Shown: positions 1 to 15,730, counted from the first letter of the stretch. The stretch is DNA of 64,000 bases from Setoptus koraiensis (GCA_048013815.1 CM106586.1:17732001-17796000), one strand, 5' to 3'. The notes: a model not told the origin generated them from the letters alone. Program-made: numbers and translations.

Positions 1-608
1 GCTCGAAGAAAATTCAAGGCGACAGTCTCTAGGTTTTTGCTCGCAATGCAGTTTCTCGCTGCAAACCAGGCCAGTAATTGTCTTTTGCAGCCTACACTAC
101 AAGCTTCTGTTGTGGAGTCTTGCTCCTTGATCTGATATTGTGAATTTAAGCGGAGTTCACAAGTGGTCTAGCTAATGGCGAGGCCCTCAAGTGCGGAGCC
201 CGTGCACTTTCCCAATGTGAGTGGCCGCAAGCGCTCGATTTACCTGATACGGTTGTACAGGGGGATCGCTTGTGTGCGCATTTCGTAAGCCGGATATGAT
301 TGAACATTTTCAATCGTAGTCCGTTTGCAAAGTGGTTGTGCTCGAGTGCCGTTTAATATATGAAAGCGGGCCACTAATTTAACTCGTTAAATGTCGCCTG
401 CTTGTGTGTCATGTTGTAATTGTCTATGTGTCTAGTGTGTGTCTGGCGCAATCGATCAGATTCGCTGGGTTGCACAATTTGGAATTTTCTCCGACGCGAT
501 CTCTCACTCTGAATTCTTTCGCCTGTCACTTGCATGTTGATGTTGATCGACCTCCACTGATGGCAACAACAACAGCCTAGCCTTATGAGCGCCTAATAGC
601 GCGCCCCA

Positions 609-630
609 TTGTCGTTGTCGTTGTTGTTGT

Positions 631-679
<49 letters not shown>

Positions 680-686
680 GGTGGTG
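609..686. repeat. (GTT)n/(GGT)n trinucleotide microsatellite
   Basis: Directly visible; it explains the poly-L/V and poly-Q/H ORFs 609..860 and 504..803. Confidence 0.9.
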
Positions 687-2349
687 CGCTCTCTGTCGCG
701 CAAACAACGAAGCAATGGGGCGAGCGTTGGGTGGTGTGTTTGTGATAGCCATGTTTTGAGCCTGCTCCGCTCTTGGCCTTGTTCCTATATCACTGCACAT
801 CACCGCACATCACTGTACATCGCTGTATGTCGCTGTACATCACTGGGTGCTCTTGAATAACTTCGCGCATCTCTCACTGGGTGCTATTCGCTGCTTACTT
901 TTGCACACACGGTGCCAGCGCACTGTGACCAGCAGCGTGTGTGTGTGTGTGTGTGTGTACAAGGAAAATAAGAAGGTGCCCCAGTGTGGGTCGAACTAAT
1001 GCCGCCGCCATCTCCGACAAGCCGCCCACGTTAGATTAGGCTGCGTTGCGTTAGTGCGCCTAGTGCTGAGCGTATAGCGTGCACCAATAGTGTGTTGCGC
1101 CATTCACATGAGCGGCTATTGAATAATGAGAGCAGACTGGTTGAGGTTGTGCACCCAATGCACACAGCCACTGGGCTGCGACAATATAGTGCACACACAC
1201 TGTTGGAGCTGCACCAGCAGCACTGCTGACCATGCCCCGCTGTGCCCTCTACCAAGATAAATGGGTGCACACACACACACACACGCACCGCATATACATT
1301 GTAGTGCATTGTAGAAAACGTTCTAATGGTGGTGAGGCGCTGGCAGTTCGATTTGTTGTGCTATTATTATTAGATTCGATGTTGGTTGGTGCTGCTGCTG
1401 CTGGTTTGAGACACACAGACGCACAAAAATCGAATTTTGGCGCACAAGCGGGTTAAAATAGACATCTCGCACGCAGATGACACGGCAAGGTTCGTTCGAT
1501 TCTGCCATTTTGCTGCTATTCCGTTGCTATTCCGCTGCTATTTCGCTGCTATTTCGCTGGTGCTGCTGGCCAGGCCATCGCAGTGTACAGTGTATAGAGT
1601 GGTAGCAGCGCACAATAATAATTTATGGCGGACTGGCGAAAATGCTGAAACGATGACGGTGCAGCCGCGACAAAACAGCAAGGATTGCGCAAGAAAATGA
1701 GAATGAAAATAATTTAAAAATAATATTAGTCATACAAGCAAGTGTTACAAGCATAGCGCTTTTTAGATGAAGTGAAATGATGAATATTCAATGAATAACG
1801 ACGACATCGACAACAGTTTAACATTTAACTCGCTGCGCTTCGTGCCAAAATAGGTGCCAAAACGGATGAAACGGCCACAATGAGCGCCCAGGCCACCCAT
1901 TGAACACACATTCACAAATTCTATCATTTTATGTACCGAAATAGTTACGTTATGTAACGCCCTTGTAACGCCACACCCGCAACACTGACCATTCGACAGC
2001 AATCAGCAAACGACAGCAATAGTAAAAACAAGTAGCACCCACACAATAATACCCTTGTCATGTCCATCGATGTGCACGGCTCTAGCCGCTTATATCCCTA
2101 TGTATTGTTCGATTGGCGATTGATAGCCGAGCGCGGCTTGCGCGCCTACTGGCACTTGCATGACCCCCTCAGAGATGGCCGATACGTGGCCCACTGTGAA
2201 TTAGAGTTCCTCATCAAGGCAAGCATCAGTTTTGGCTACTACCGTTGATTAAAACTCGCTATACACACATAATCACCACGTTTTGTAGTTGCAGATTGTA
2301 ATCAACTCTTTCCATCTTCTAACCCATTTCCATCACACTCCATGTTTAG

Positions 2350-5300
2350 ATGTCCATCGAGGAGCGCCTCTCCATGGGAGCGCACGCGGCCAACAGCGGA
2401 CACTCTCAGGTGGACTATCATCAGCATCAAGACGGCCAACAACAACAGTGTTACTCTGATCAGCAGCCTAGTGCCAGTAGTGTCGCCTCCAGGACGGCCG
2501 ATATTGATGGCTGTCTGCAACGCTCAGCCACTAAAAAGGCGGCCAAATTTAGATGCTCAGGTGCCGTTAGGAAGGCAGGATTCTTATCTGTCAAAAAGTG
2601 GATACTCAAGAGACGCCAATCAATTGAATTAGCCAGGAAGAGGGGCTGGAAAAGATACTGGGTCTGTCTGAGAGGCACTACACTCTTGTTTCATTCTCTG
2701 GTCGACAATATACCCACATACCAGAAGCATCAAGATCAACAATCCATCAACGACCCCAATGGCTATATGGGCGACACACCAGATATAATGAGATACAATA
2801 ATATTGGTAGTTGTATCATTGAAACTGAACCGCGTCATTTAATTATCCTAGATGGTTCTATTGCGCAACCTGTGCCCGAGCACCCCAAACGAGATCATGT
2901 CTTTTGTTTGAGCACGACATTTGGCGACGCTTATCTGTTTCAATCTAGTTGCCAACTAGAAACCGACAATTGGATAGGAGCAATACATAATGCTTGCGCC
3001 GCCTCTTTAGCCAGAGATCAGGGTAGAAGTCTTACAATGAGATTGATAAATAGCCAATTGAACAAGATTACAATAGAGGCAGAACTCAAGACACGATTGA
3101 AACACAAATTGGAAATGAAACTGTCATCGATGCTTCAATGTGTATCAAACAATCAATCTATCAAAACAAGAGGCACGGCAAAAGGTAAAGGTGGTGAAGA
3201 TCAGCAACAATTGTTAGAAGATAGAGCTCAACTGTGTCATCAATTTCAATTAATCAATGTCAATTTGGAACAATTGCATTGCGAGTCCTATCAATTGCGC
3301 TGCTACCTGGCCTCATGCAAGAGTCTGCTAAGTAATAATTGTGCAGATACTGAAGTCTCTGCAAACACTAGCTCAGTTTGTGGTGTAGATTTGCCGCACC
3401 CTAAGACTCTGCTTATGCATGTGTCTAAACCAACTAAATTAATACTTAACAAATTGGGAGTGTTCACAGTGTCGTCATTCCACGCTTACGTTTGCGCTAG
3501 GGCTGGAGGTCCATATGCAATAATGAATCATCTTCATAGTCTTTTGACCAGTACTAACAAAGGTATTAGGAAAACTAAGCAACCGGGTGATTGTGAAATT
3601 CATCTTAGAGAACGATCATTGTCTTCGGCTGCATCATTGTCCTACAATGATAGATCAAGTGCTCAAAATAACGAAGAAAAAGATACATCTAAATTGAAAT
3701 CTTTACAAATCAGACTATCAAGGAAACTCTTAAATGATGACAATGACAACGGTGATATTGTGGAGGAGACATCTAAGTCAGATCTCATTGTGACCTTAAT
3801 TAACGTTAGTGATATGGACAGTCAACAAATTTTGAGTTTGGCGTTCAGACAAGCGAAACTTGAAGAAAGGCTCCACATGAATCCAAGTGATTACTTTATT
3901 CGCTTGATTAAATCAACCAAAGATGATTACATACCGACCAGGAAAGAATTAGTTGAGAAGTGGCCTACATATGATCAAGTACGGATTGAGAAAAAAATCT
4001 CCTATCAAATTCGTCTGGCACGAGCATCCTTGGAACAACGTTTCGGTTTTAGTGTTGAGGCTAGATTGGTTGAACAAGATTCCTATGACGAACTATGTGT
4101 TTATTGTAGTCGTGTTGAACAAGACAGTCTCGCTGAATCACAAGGTCTTCAGATTGATGATGAAATAGTGATCATCAACGGAGCACAAGTGAGCGATCTG
4201 GACATGATGTTTATTGAGAACACCTTACACGAAGAGCTTTGTCTAATAATGAAAATCAAGAGTTGTCGCATGAACAAACCACTTTCTGCTATGCGCGACG
4301 AAACTTTCGGTGACGATTACAGTCATGATGATGCAAACAATTATAGAACGTACGGAGGATCTTCTTCCGATGGCTCTAAGACAAAAGACGCTCGTGGAAG
4401 AAATGAAACAAATTCTGGTGATAATATACATCGACATTGTGGTGATAAGTCAAGTCCTCATACCCAACAACGCCAGAGAATAATCACAGATAATGAGCCT
4501 CAAACCAACTATATTTCCATCACTGATGAATATATAGCCTCATTAGTTTGTCCACCTCCACCACCATTGAATTCGTCGACTCTAAATGTGGAGGCTGATG
4601 TGCCAATAGACGAGCTCCCAACAAATCTATCTAAGGTTACATTATCTACGGATGAAGCAATCTCCAACACATCATTTGATGCGAAAAAGATGAATGATCG
4701 CACGACTTATGCTCATAATAACTTTGGTGAGGTATCTTCTCAAGCCTGTCATGATCTGGAGAGTGAGCTGATTCAAGATTTGACTCGTCAGCATCTACCA
4801 GAAAATATTAGATCTAGTAACGATAAATTTGACTGTCATATAAACTCAGATTACGTGAACAATAGTTCAAAATTGATACCGTCTCAATCTGAAGGGTCTG
4901 AAGCATCAAATAAACAAGACAGTTCACAAGACGTAAATAAAATGAAGATAAATCCTGATGGCCGAAGAGGTAGTAGAGATGTCTCCAAACCGGACATGTG
5001 CAACAAACCAGTCGTACCCGCCAAGCCCAATCACGTAAAGGAAGCCATGAGATCGCTGATTGATAGCAAGACATCTTCGAAGAAATCTAGCAATCTAGAC
5101 AAAAAAAGTTCGTCTCAAGGCTCTACTACTGTGGAAAGGTTAAGAAAGTCAATACTGGAAATTCTAGAGACAGAACGAGCTTATGTTGACCATCTTAATT
5201 CTGTGATAAGCCTATACATGGAACCTTTAAAAAACGCTGAGTATTTGCAGGTTGATGACATCAAGCAATTGTCAAATACAATAACAGACATAGCTTCATT

Positions 5301-7004
5301 TCAATGTACATTCCATGAAAACTTGAAGCAGGAAATTATCAACCGAGCATGGAATAGAAATGATAGCGATCAAAATAATAACATATCACTTTCGGATTTG
5401 AGCGCTCACCTCCTGGTGTTCGATTCAGTTGAGGAATTCAGCGAAATTCTACTCGGTATAGCGGACACATTTCTATCTTACGCTGACAAATTCAAACTAT
5501 ATTCCACATTCTGTGCCTCATATTCTAAATTACAGAAACTCTTGCACCCAACTTCGGTGCATCAATCCAATTCATCCGCATCTCTACTAAATGATACGTT
5601 CGCAGCAAATGGGAACTCTACGTTTTTATCTCATTTGACAAATAATTCATCAAATAGTCCGAATAGCCAAGCATTCATTTACGCTTACAAATTGAATGAA
5701 TTTTTCGTCAACTTAACATCTTCGTCAAGGAAGCAGACGCTCGGACAGAAACAGAATGGCATCAACAACAATAGTAATAATGGTAATAATTTAGATACCT
5801 CTACATTGAAAAAACATTTGCATCAACAACATTTCGAGTCTTATCTCATCAAACCGATTCAAAGAGTAGTAAAATACCCACTGCTCATAAGCTCTCTAGT
5901 ACATCTTGCTAAAGAAGATTCTTTTGAGCATAAGCAATTGATTGCTGCGATGAGACAGATGGAACAGGTTGCTGGTCACATAAATGATATGCAGCGTATC
6001 CATGAGGAATATGGTTTTATATTCGATCATCTTCAAAGACAGTACTGCCAACAACAAACTTTAAGTGAGAGTCATCAATCTCAGAATATAACAACGAATG
6101 TTGGTGCAACAAATCCTGTCGCATCGAATGGCGGTAATCATCAATCTTTGGTTGATTTAAGTGTTGGAGAATTGTTGTACTATGGTGATGTGGAGTGGTT
6201 GAACATGAATGAATTTTCTGGTAAAGTTAAGAAGAGTCAAGAGTTACATCCGATAATCTTTGTATTTTCTTCAGCTGTAGTATTCTTATGCAAGGAGCGA
6301 ATTAGACAAAAGAAGAAGCTATCAATACCGCTAACTACTAATAAATTGACGGACGTGGTGGAAATTATTCGGTATCAAGCACTCATTCCAGTCAGTGAAG
6401 TTCAAGTAAGATCATTACCAGCTTCGAACGGTAGCAGTCAACACAATTTAGTAAAAGACTACAGAACAGCTAGCATTGTCGAATCAGCGTCTTCACTGTC
6501 ATTGACAGCAGGAACAAATGTCAAAACTCAAACTTTATCAGAGGTAAACAAACAATCCAATGATATAGGACTTACACCACCCCCGACATCCTTCCAGTGG
6601 GAACTATTCAAGTGTTGTCCAGCAAATGTTAACGCTGGTCTTATCGCGAATGCCGGCGTAAGGAGAGCGGATGGCAAGGTGTACTTATTTTCAAACAGGT
6701 ATGTTTCTTAAGATTTCTCTTATATAAAATATATTGTTCATCTGTGTTGACACATATTAATTGTTACAACTATTTCATTACTCACTATGATCACTCCAAC
6801 AGTACCAACGAGTTGCGTAATGCTTTCTTGAGGAAGATCAGGTACATAATTAGGGAGAGTGTAAGAAATATGAATGTGCCCCTGGCCCGATCACCGTCTT
6901 CAAAGTCTGTCTCTTCGAAGAAAATGACGTCCTCGTCGTCATCATCATCAGTCTCATCGCCTTTGGCGCCACTAGACAAAAACAAAAAGAAAGAAGATTT
7001 ATAG
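2350..7004 (+). CDS. sif: Still life / TIAM-family Rac GEF (PH-RBD-PDZ-DH-PH); join(2350..6698,6803..7004)
   Basis: PH motif 'RKAGFLSVKKW...RKRGWKRYWVCLRGTTLLF', PDZ 'FGFSVEA...SLAESQGLQIDDEIVIINGAQV', DH 'RLRKSILEILETERAYV...YLIKPIQRVVKYPLL'. A GT..AG intron at 6699-6802 joins 'LFSN' to 'STNELRNAFLRKIRYIIRESVRNMNVP', which matches the Sif C-terminal PH end. Further upstream exons cannot be excluded. Confidence 0.9.
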
Positions 7005-7396
7005 TCAGAGCAGAATCAACTAATCACTCCAAGAAGTGTGATTGTCGCGAGCCCCAAGTGGATTGGATCAGATCTCAGTAGTTATGGTTTACACCAATAT
7101 TCAAGTCTAGTTGTAACCCAAGTTGTGTCAAAGAACAAATTAATTTGTCAAATGTCCTGTCGACGGCCTCGAAGTCTTCACTAGTAGCCTTTGAGTGCAA
7201 AAACAATATGCAATCTTAACCATCATTAAATGTTAATATATGTATATATCCATGATATATACGTATATACCATAGTTTATATTTGAGACGGTCACTATGC
7301 GACAATGAGTAAGTAAATGAATCAGATTAAATTATCATAAGCATAGTGGTTAAATTGATTTTATCCGAAATGACAGTCATCAGCAGGACATTCAGC

Positions 7397-8257
7397 TTAG
7401 ACATTGAACTTAGCTTGCAATGATTTTAGTTCTTCACGGACAGCTGCTTCCCGGCTCACTTTTGCGATTTGGTCTTGTTGTAACGCTGTCCTCTTCTTTG
7501 CTTTAAGAGATTTGATACCTCTCAACAAAGCTTTCACTTTTTTGATACGCCTTTTGACAACCGAAAAATCTTGTGTAGATTTAACGCCCTTTTTCTTCTG
7601 AGCTCCCTTAGCAGCAGGCTTGGCACCTTTTGCTGGCACTGACTTAACAGCGCCACCGGCAGCTGCCGCGGGTTTCTTTTTCTGTTGTTGGGGTTGCGCT
7701 TGTTTCTTATCACTAGCAGCAGCTCCTCCACCAGATGGTTTGTTTACTTGCTGTTTAGCTTGCTGGTCCTGCTTTGGTGGTGCCTTGGCAGCTTTTGGGG
7801 CTGCTTTTTTATCACCAGCCGCTGGTTTGGATTTGTTGTTAGCTTGTGCCTGGTTTTCTTTATTGGATTGACCACCCTTGTTTTGGGCCTTGGCGTTTTG
7901 TTGATTGGCTCCCCCAGTTGCTCCATCTTTTTTGTCTCCGGCTTGCTTAGCAGATGCCTTCTTGCCAGATTGTTGTCCTTTAGTCTGCGACGCTGGTTTA
8001 TCACCTGCAGAGGTTGTCTGTTGTTTATTTGATTGCTGTTGCTGCTTGGGGGGAGCTTGGCTGTCACCGCCCTGCTTCTGTTGACCAGCTTGAGCTTGAT
8101 TCTGGCCTAATTTGGCCTTCTTGGCTGGCCGAGCCTCGTACTTTGGAACCTCCTCTTGTGGTGTGTATCCTTCCTTGACTCTTCGCTCTTTTCTCCAGGA
8201 GCCATCCTTTCTTTGTGTGGCGGGTATGATGTTTTCCTTGGTTCCTTTACTTGCCAT
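7397..8257 (-). CDS. PYM1: PYM homolog (partner of Y14 and Mago, wibg)
   Basis: N-terminal Mago-binding motif '[31 protein letters not shown]' and C-terminal '[17 protein letters not shown]...DQIAKVSRE'. First ATG is 8257 (the ORF-track start at 8263 is TTG). Confidence 0.9.
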   Translation of the reverse strand: MASKGTKENIIPATQRKDGSWRKERRVKEGYTPQEEVPKYEARPAKKAKLGQNQAQAGQQKQGGDSQAPPKQQQQSNKQQTTSAGDKPASQTKGQQSGKKASAKQAGDKKDGATGGANQQNAKAQNKGGQSNKENQAQANNKSKPAAGDKKAAPKAAKAPPKQDQQAKQQVNKPSGGGAAASDKKQAQPQQQKKKPAAAAGGAVKSVPAKGAKPAAKGAQKKKGVKSTQDFSVVKRRIKKVKALLRGIKSLKAKKRTALQQDQIAKVSREAAVREELKSLQAKFNV

Positions 8258-11200
8258 TATCAATTTTTGTGAGTCAATAAATTATCAACTATTTGTATTG
8301 GTTGATGTGGAGGAGAAACTGAAAAATTCGTGCGTTTATATATATTGTTCGCAAAATGATTTAAATTTTTGTTAAATTATAAATTATCCTGAATCTAACG
8401 TTAAAGTGTGTGCGGTTAAATGAACCGATATATAAGTTGATACAGGTGAAATAAAACAGATAATATGGTCAGTTGAGAGAATTCTAGGTGTTCTATTAGA
8501 TCTCAGAGATGTTAGCTAATATGATTTACGAATAAACAAATCTTACTTTTTGGTGACACTTATTTCTGGTGATTGGATATGAGAATCCTTCGATTGTTAA
8601 CAACAACTATTTGCTAACGCGGATGATCCCAAGGATCAGATATATATTGTAAAAATTACTTTTTATAGACAAACGGGCAAGTACATTGAAAGCCATGCAA
8701 GAGACAAACGCACAAGAAAAATTTGTTAGAGGCAGGAAATCGCATGACATGCGCTCCTTATTGTGTGTTTTTTGTGTGTGTCTGTGCCCTCTGTCGGTGA
8801 ATTGAGAGACGATTTCCTCAAATACTCGGCTATCTGAAGCAAGGGCGCCAGATTTGAATGAAAAGACGCGAATTTTGGCCGGGAGATACTGGTGTCAGGG
8901 GATGGTACTAAAAGTCCATCAAGTTTGGTGTACTAGTACAAGTTTATATAGTGAGCAGCACAGCTAGTGCAGAATTGCGATGGCGGCACAAAACAAGCAA
9001 CAACGATATGGATACATAGGTGACGTTTGGCAAGGTTTTTCAGATCGACGAGAGTCTATCGATTCCAGACTTCCGTGGAAATGCACGGGTGAATAACTCT
9101 ATGAGTGTATATGCACCAGGTATTCAAATCGAATCTGAATAGATCTTTAGAAATTAGCATCTACAAACTACAGACTCATTGAATTGTATGGTGATTCTGT
9201 GTCGGTGAGATTGGCCGCAATAAGCGAGCGAGAAAAGCGGCACACAATAATCTATACGTTCTATGCCTGCCGGCACAGAGTATGACAATGCGCAGCGCTT
9301 CAATTGTGGAGAGGAGGCTAAATCCTAACAATAGTTTCCCAGATTGTACGGTTTCCATCATCTTAAGCTAGAGGATCTCAGACGAATCATGAACGGAATT
9401 CAACGGTTGCCTCTAAGATTTCCAGCAGAAAAGAAAAATAACTTCCTGCGAGGTGTGAGAGCTTCTATAATGTTACGTGCTAGGCGTGAAAAAACTTGTT
9501 GTCGAAAGTCTCACAATTGAAGACTGGCCCGAGACGAGAAAACTGTTACGTTGCAAGTCAAATCGTTATGTAGAAGATATACAATAATTGATGCATCTGA
9601 GACAACGTGCCGCCTGTCTGGGTGCACGAGGCCACTTGTTGGCCAGTTGCTACCTGTTATCAAGTTTTTCGGCACACGCGCTCACTCTTCCAAACAGGAA
9701 ACAATAGAGCCAAAGTAATTGCTTCTGTTGTTGTTGTTGCTGCTGCTTTGTTTCAATTGTTGCTCACCTATTGAATATTTGAGTTATGCAGTTATTCATG
9801 CCTGACAAATGGCTAACACGAGCCACAAGACATCACCTTGGTCAGTGTCTCTCACATTCCTGAGAGTCAATCGCTGTTTTGTCTTGTTGCAGAATGAATT
9901 CACATAAGATTCAAGACGCGACGCATGATATAAATCGCTGTTCATGATCACAGTGAAGTTGATGTGAGCTAAATCTAGATAAACATTCATTCTATTCCTA
10001 TGACTAGCAACTTTGCAACAAATCAGATGAGAGGGCGGTTTGACTTGTCAAATCGATCATTCGAAGGATCTGTGGGCCAATTTGCTCATCTCCAGCAACC
10101 TTTTATCATGCAAGTGTGCATAGGTATCATGCAGCAATAATGTGAGCTACAATGTTTGCGATACAATGCATCATTAGCCGTTCTCGATAGGCATCATGTT
10201 TAATTGGCAATTAGGACGATCGGACATGACTATCGCAGCAACAAGAAGAGAGCCAGCGAAAAAAGAGAGCGGGTGACCGTAAGTCAAACTAACAAAACAT
10301 CAGACAAGAATTGAATCATTCTGCACTCAATACTGCACCGGATTGTGTGTAGAAAACACACAATGAGGGGCTCATGTCATGCAATTTCCTGCCTTCGCTA
10401 GACATGCAAAACAGAACGCCCGAGATATCCTCTGATCTGATGAGCAGCTATAATCGTCACCCCAATCATTTTAAGACTAGTGTCCAACTTGCTTAATCAC
10501 CGACAGCAGCAGCCTCAGCGGCAACCACAAAAACCTTTGGCACAACACGCAAAGCCAATTTCTCTACCATTACTGACCGTACCATGACCAATGTGTCCAC
10601 GCCGGTGCTGTATATTCTCGTCGTTTGCCCATAGAGGCGGCTAACTCGTTTCAACTAATAAAACAACAACTCTCCGACGATTTTATTGCACCAATCAAGC
10701 GAGATCAACCAATAAACAATCAATTGAAGCGCTAACCAAGCAAATAATGATAAAGCTATCTACTCATTTCACTGCTGTTTATTTCACTCTTTTCGCTTTG
10801 ATTCTGACATACGACAAACTAACAAGGAGATCCACCAGAACCAAGCCCTCTCTTCTCGAACTCTATTAGCCAGACTGGCATTGCTACACACTGTCACAGA
10901 TTGAGAGCTATCTAGTGGTTCTCTATCTCCTCCTCCTCCGTCAGTGTTCGTATATCTGTTGTCATGTTTGCAGTCAATAAGTCAAAAAGGTGCCTCGGGT
11001 GCGCGAGATGTACATAAAACACCACGAGCTGTTTGATCGAATATCTCAAGTCAGTTAAGCCTGCGTGTCGGAGGTACACTTCGAGACGAGTGATTTAGGT
11101 TTTACAACGGATATTTATCAGTCCATTCTGGCCGGTGGTTTGTCATGTCGCGTCAGCTGGGCCGAGCCAACTGTGTATCACTCAGTGAGCAAGCCTCAAT

Positions 11201-14200
11201 AACTGGCAAATTGATTGTACAACAATGTCTCGACCACCATAACAACGCCAGATAAAGTACGCGCCAAAAGTATGCTGGCAACGACTAGTGAAATCAATCG
11301 CTTATATTCCGTCAATCTAATTTTCAACTATTGTCAGTTGTGCTAGGCTACAAAATACACTGCCGATTTGTTTGATAATAGTAGGAACTCAACGAGCACC
11401 GCACTAACGGTCCCGGCGATTGTTGATGAGCACTCTAGCGTCAGAGGTGAGAGCAAATAAGCGAGCAATGTAATGTGGAACCTATTGCAACCTGATGCAA
11501 ATTCTTGGTCACTACATGTACTCATCAGCATTTGTGTTTATGTGTACTAATCTTCCATGTGGACAACCAATCCCTCTTGTAAACGAAAACAAAATAGCGG
11601 CCCAGATTGCTTCTAGATGGTTGGCAAAACGATTGTACCTGTTGGCTGTTACGTGTGTTCCAATGTGAGTTGGCGCAAGAACTCCAAGTCGTCGAAATGT
11701 AAAAAACAAATTTGTTTGTTTGTTAGTTGTGCTGTTGCAACAACAAGTGACTAATTGATCTTACGTTGCCATCTTATTCGCTTCTGACCATGCAGATTCA
11801 TCAGCTATTTTCTGGAGTTGATGGCGTGAGTATAACCATTAACGAAATGCCTGTTCCACTCTTAGAGTGTTTTCGATTGCAACAAAATATGATGAAAAAT
11901 GAGAATAAATGAGTTATTGCTAAAGTTGCGAGCAGTATCTTTGAACATACATACTGCTTCCATTCCATCTGCCCTGTCAAACGCAATTGCGGGTCGAATG
12001 AATCTAGTTGTGTGAAGATGTAATGCGATTCTTTACAGGTTTTGAATAATCTCTATAGCACAATTATCGAAATGTTGAGGAAGGTAAACGAGAATTGTAA
12101 GAAAATTGTGATGCGGGCCCACTGATGAACGTTCAAGTGGTAATAGTTAGGGTCATTTTAGGGGCATATAAACACTAAACACCGTGTGTTGAAGAGCACA
12201 CAAACCAAGTGAGAATCGATTCATTCATTCATTTTGTCCATGATAATATTGAATTGGCCAATGAATTCAATTATTGGTGAGTAAAACGAATAAACCATCA
12301 TCAAGATATGATTTACGTTAAGTCCAGTAAATAGACGCCGACAAATAGGCGGCGATAATCGTTGTTAGCTTTTTGATGGAAGCCGTTGATTTGCCAAAAT
12401 GCAGGCCTATGTATGATCTTGTATAAAAATCGATAGTAAAGAACAGTTTGCTTACTTTATCATTAAATCGGCGATACTTGATGAGCGCCTCGTAGAAAGC
12501 CCACGGCCTGAATGGTTCGAGGCTAGGGCAGTATCAACACCTCACCAAGAGTATGTGGTGGTGGTCCTTTGTCTCATATCATAAATTTATTGATGAATTT
12601 GAATTGAAAATTATTCAAAAATTAATGCCAGGAATAACCGTGCGTCATCTGATGACGGTGATGATCTTTGTCTTTAGCGGCAATTTTCTCTGTGATGGTT
12701 GAGTATGTATGTGTAAATAAATATGATAACCAGATAATAATGTTTATGAGCCGCTATCTCTCTCTTTCTGCAGATTTATGCATCTCCATTGAGCCATCTC
12801 TGAACCCTTCATATATTTGTATGGATGGATAAACATCAAACACATACATTGCATTCTTGTGGCCGTCAAAGGGTCAAAAGTTGACATAGAGAGAATCATG
12901 GTAGATTGTCAACAATTGCCAATCCTCTCTTAACGCTTTCGCTGTGCAAGCTTCAACCTCCCCTCAAATGGAAAACCTATATAAACAAAATATTAATAGT
13001 AATAAGTTTATATCTCTCATTCCTACATATATTCTTATTTGCTTCATATGGCAGCCACGGCTGTTTCTCTTTTTGGGTAGGCTCATCATCATCATTCTTT
13101 CTCAAGCCGATGTGCGCTTCGATGTTGTGCATAACCAACCGCACCGACTGTTTTCGTCTCTGGCCGGACTGTGGCTACTACAAAGACTGAAAACCGCAAC
13201 AGGTAGCAGACACATTCTTGTAATGAGGCATGATTTTCGCACCGGCACCGCCATAATGGGCATCAGCATTTGAGTCGTTTGCTTGTATAAACGGCCACTT
13301 GGACGACCACGATGCAAATACAGATAGGCGGCTCATAGGCTGGCAACGGTGTCTAGATGCCGATGCCAGGTCCCGGTGAACACACACACACAGGCACATT
13401 TTATCACCATTTGCTCCATAGTATAGTGGTGGTGGTGGCCACACGATTTTCCTATTAGTTTTATAGGTCGACTCATAGTAGATGGATGAGTGAGAGCATC
13501 TCATTAACGTGACACACAGTCACGATTACCTCACGCGTGGTTTACACCGCAGCATGCACCAGTATTAATAGATTAGTAGTAACAGAGTTGTTGTTTTTAT
13601 CAATGAAACTGACGACCACCGCCAACGTCCATCATTTGCTTTTTGTAGTATTTCTCAAACAAGTGTTTCTATGTGAGTTAATATTTCGCCGCCACATTTG
13701 ATTGATTATGAGATGATCAGGTTAGAGCATGAATGAATCAAACCGAGCGAAGTGTGCCTAGCCAATCAAGTGATTATTGTCCGATAGTGTTGTTGTGCTC
13801 CGATGTATTGTATGAGTATTGTGTGAGTGTGTGTTTGTCTGATTTGTGTCTGGAGACGAAAATCAAACTCAGGCCCATTGTTATGTAAGCGTCGTCCGCG
13901 AAGTTTTAAAGTCACTTGGTCTTTGTTTTGTGGTGGTCAGCTTGTGGAGGAAGAATTGCTTCAAAACAATGCGGCAGCAGCAACAACAACAGCAATAGCA
14001 ACAGTTATCCTCTAATCATTTCTCCATTCTATTAAATACAATTGCAACACCATCTATCCATTACTACTCCAGATATAACCGCCATACCATTTTACCATTC
14101 TGATGCTCTCTCTTCTATAATAATTCTGCGCTTTTTAGTGGAAATCTTTCAATTCCGGCCCTAGTGTGGCTCGCATATGAGAAGAATAATTTTCCTCAAT

Positions 14201-15730
14201 GAAATTAATATTTCATAAATTCAATAAAAACTAGTATGAAGAGAAGTAGAACTTTTTAAGTTGACCAAGTCAATCTTTGATAAGGTCATGAGTGGCCGCG
14301 GTCGTTGCTGCAACGACGGCGGCGGCATGTTGATTATGATCGCCAGATTTGTTGTTGCTGTTGCCGTTGTTGTATGCGTTGTTGGCTTATTTCTTGCTGC
14401 TTATTATTACTACTAGAAAGCATATCATAATCTTTACCAGTCGTTATAAATGATGATGATCATCCTGATCTGATAATATCAAGTGATTAGTACACTATCA
14501 AAGTGGAAACAATGTTCACTTAAGATAATTGAGCATGGATCCGGCGCTCATTATTACAAGCCGGCCTATACAACAACAAGCCAGCGAGCGTTGTTGTATA
14601 CCTGTTTGATTGTGATAGTGGCTATGCGTTTCTGGCGGCCCGTTTCTGCTCTATTTGCTCGCTAATCGCCAAGTCTCGGCTCTCTGGCCGAATATTCTCT
14701 CTCTCTCATCTTGCATTTTGGCAACCATTTTCAGTCTCAGTGCTATGTGTGATCTCGACTCCTCAGAGGTGTTCTTGGAAATCAATTAGATGCAATCAAT
14801 TTTTCTTTCTTGCTCTTCCTCAGTCATCCTGCATGTTGCATCTTTTGATCGCCTTCTCAGTGTCTTCAAACACTCGGTGCCGTCGATCAACCGGCCACTA
14901 TGCTAATCGAGCAGCAAGATATGCTATTTCAGCGCGAAACAGCTGTTTTTAGCGTCAGTGGCTATTCACGGCCGATCTGATTTGTCCGTTATTGTGGGGT
15001 CCGCTTTGCGAAAATGCAACATTGAATTTTCAACATTGCAATATTGCTAATATATTTGCTAATTATCGGCATAATTGTGCCAGATGATGTACGCGATTGT
15101 TGCTGACAAATGCAAATTCCGACACACAGACCCGGGTCCCGCTTGCTAGGCTTAGCGGCGGCTTACACGAGACACGCTCAGTGATGTTGTTGCCGCTGGC
15201 CCGGTCGGCTCACCGTGATTGGCCGGTGTTTTTGTCTTCTGTTTCGTCCGGCAAATAGAGCAAACGACGACAACGTCATTGTTTAATATCAGATAATGAA
15301 TTTAGTTTGGTTTGTTGTATTGTCCAGAATGCGTGTGTATTATTTGCACACGGAGCGCGATCAAAACGACGACGACGACGACGACTAATTATTCAACCGA
15401 TCCAATCCGAGCCAGCCAATATTCACCCTTGACGCCCCGAGCGATTCTGTGCCGGCCCGGGCCGCACTTTGCGCACAGTGAGCACAAAACTCTTTTTGTG
15501 TGCCGTCAATTTAGCAAGAATTCTAAAATGTTACACTTGGGCCGCCGTCACCACCAAACACCGTCCACTGTCCGTTTCATCCACAGGCTTCTCTTTTCGC
15601 TTCTCGTTTCACTTTTATTATTAATACCAATTTAACCCTAATAAAGAAGCGACGCTGTTTAAATGTATCCATTGTTTATAAATCCATTTGCGTCGCGCGC
15701 CCCGTCCACCAGTCAGCCCGCTCTGGTCCA

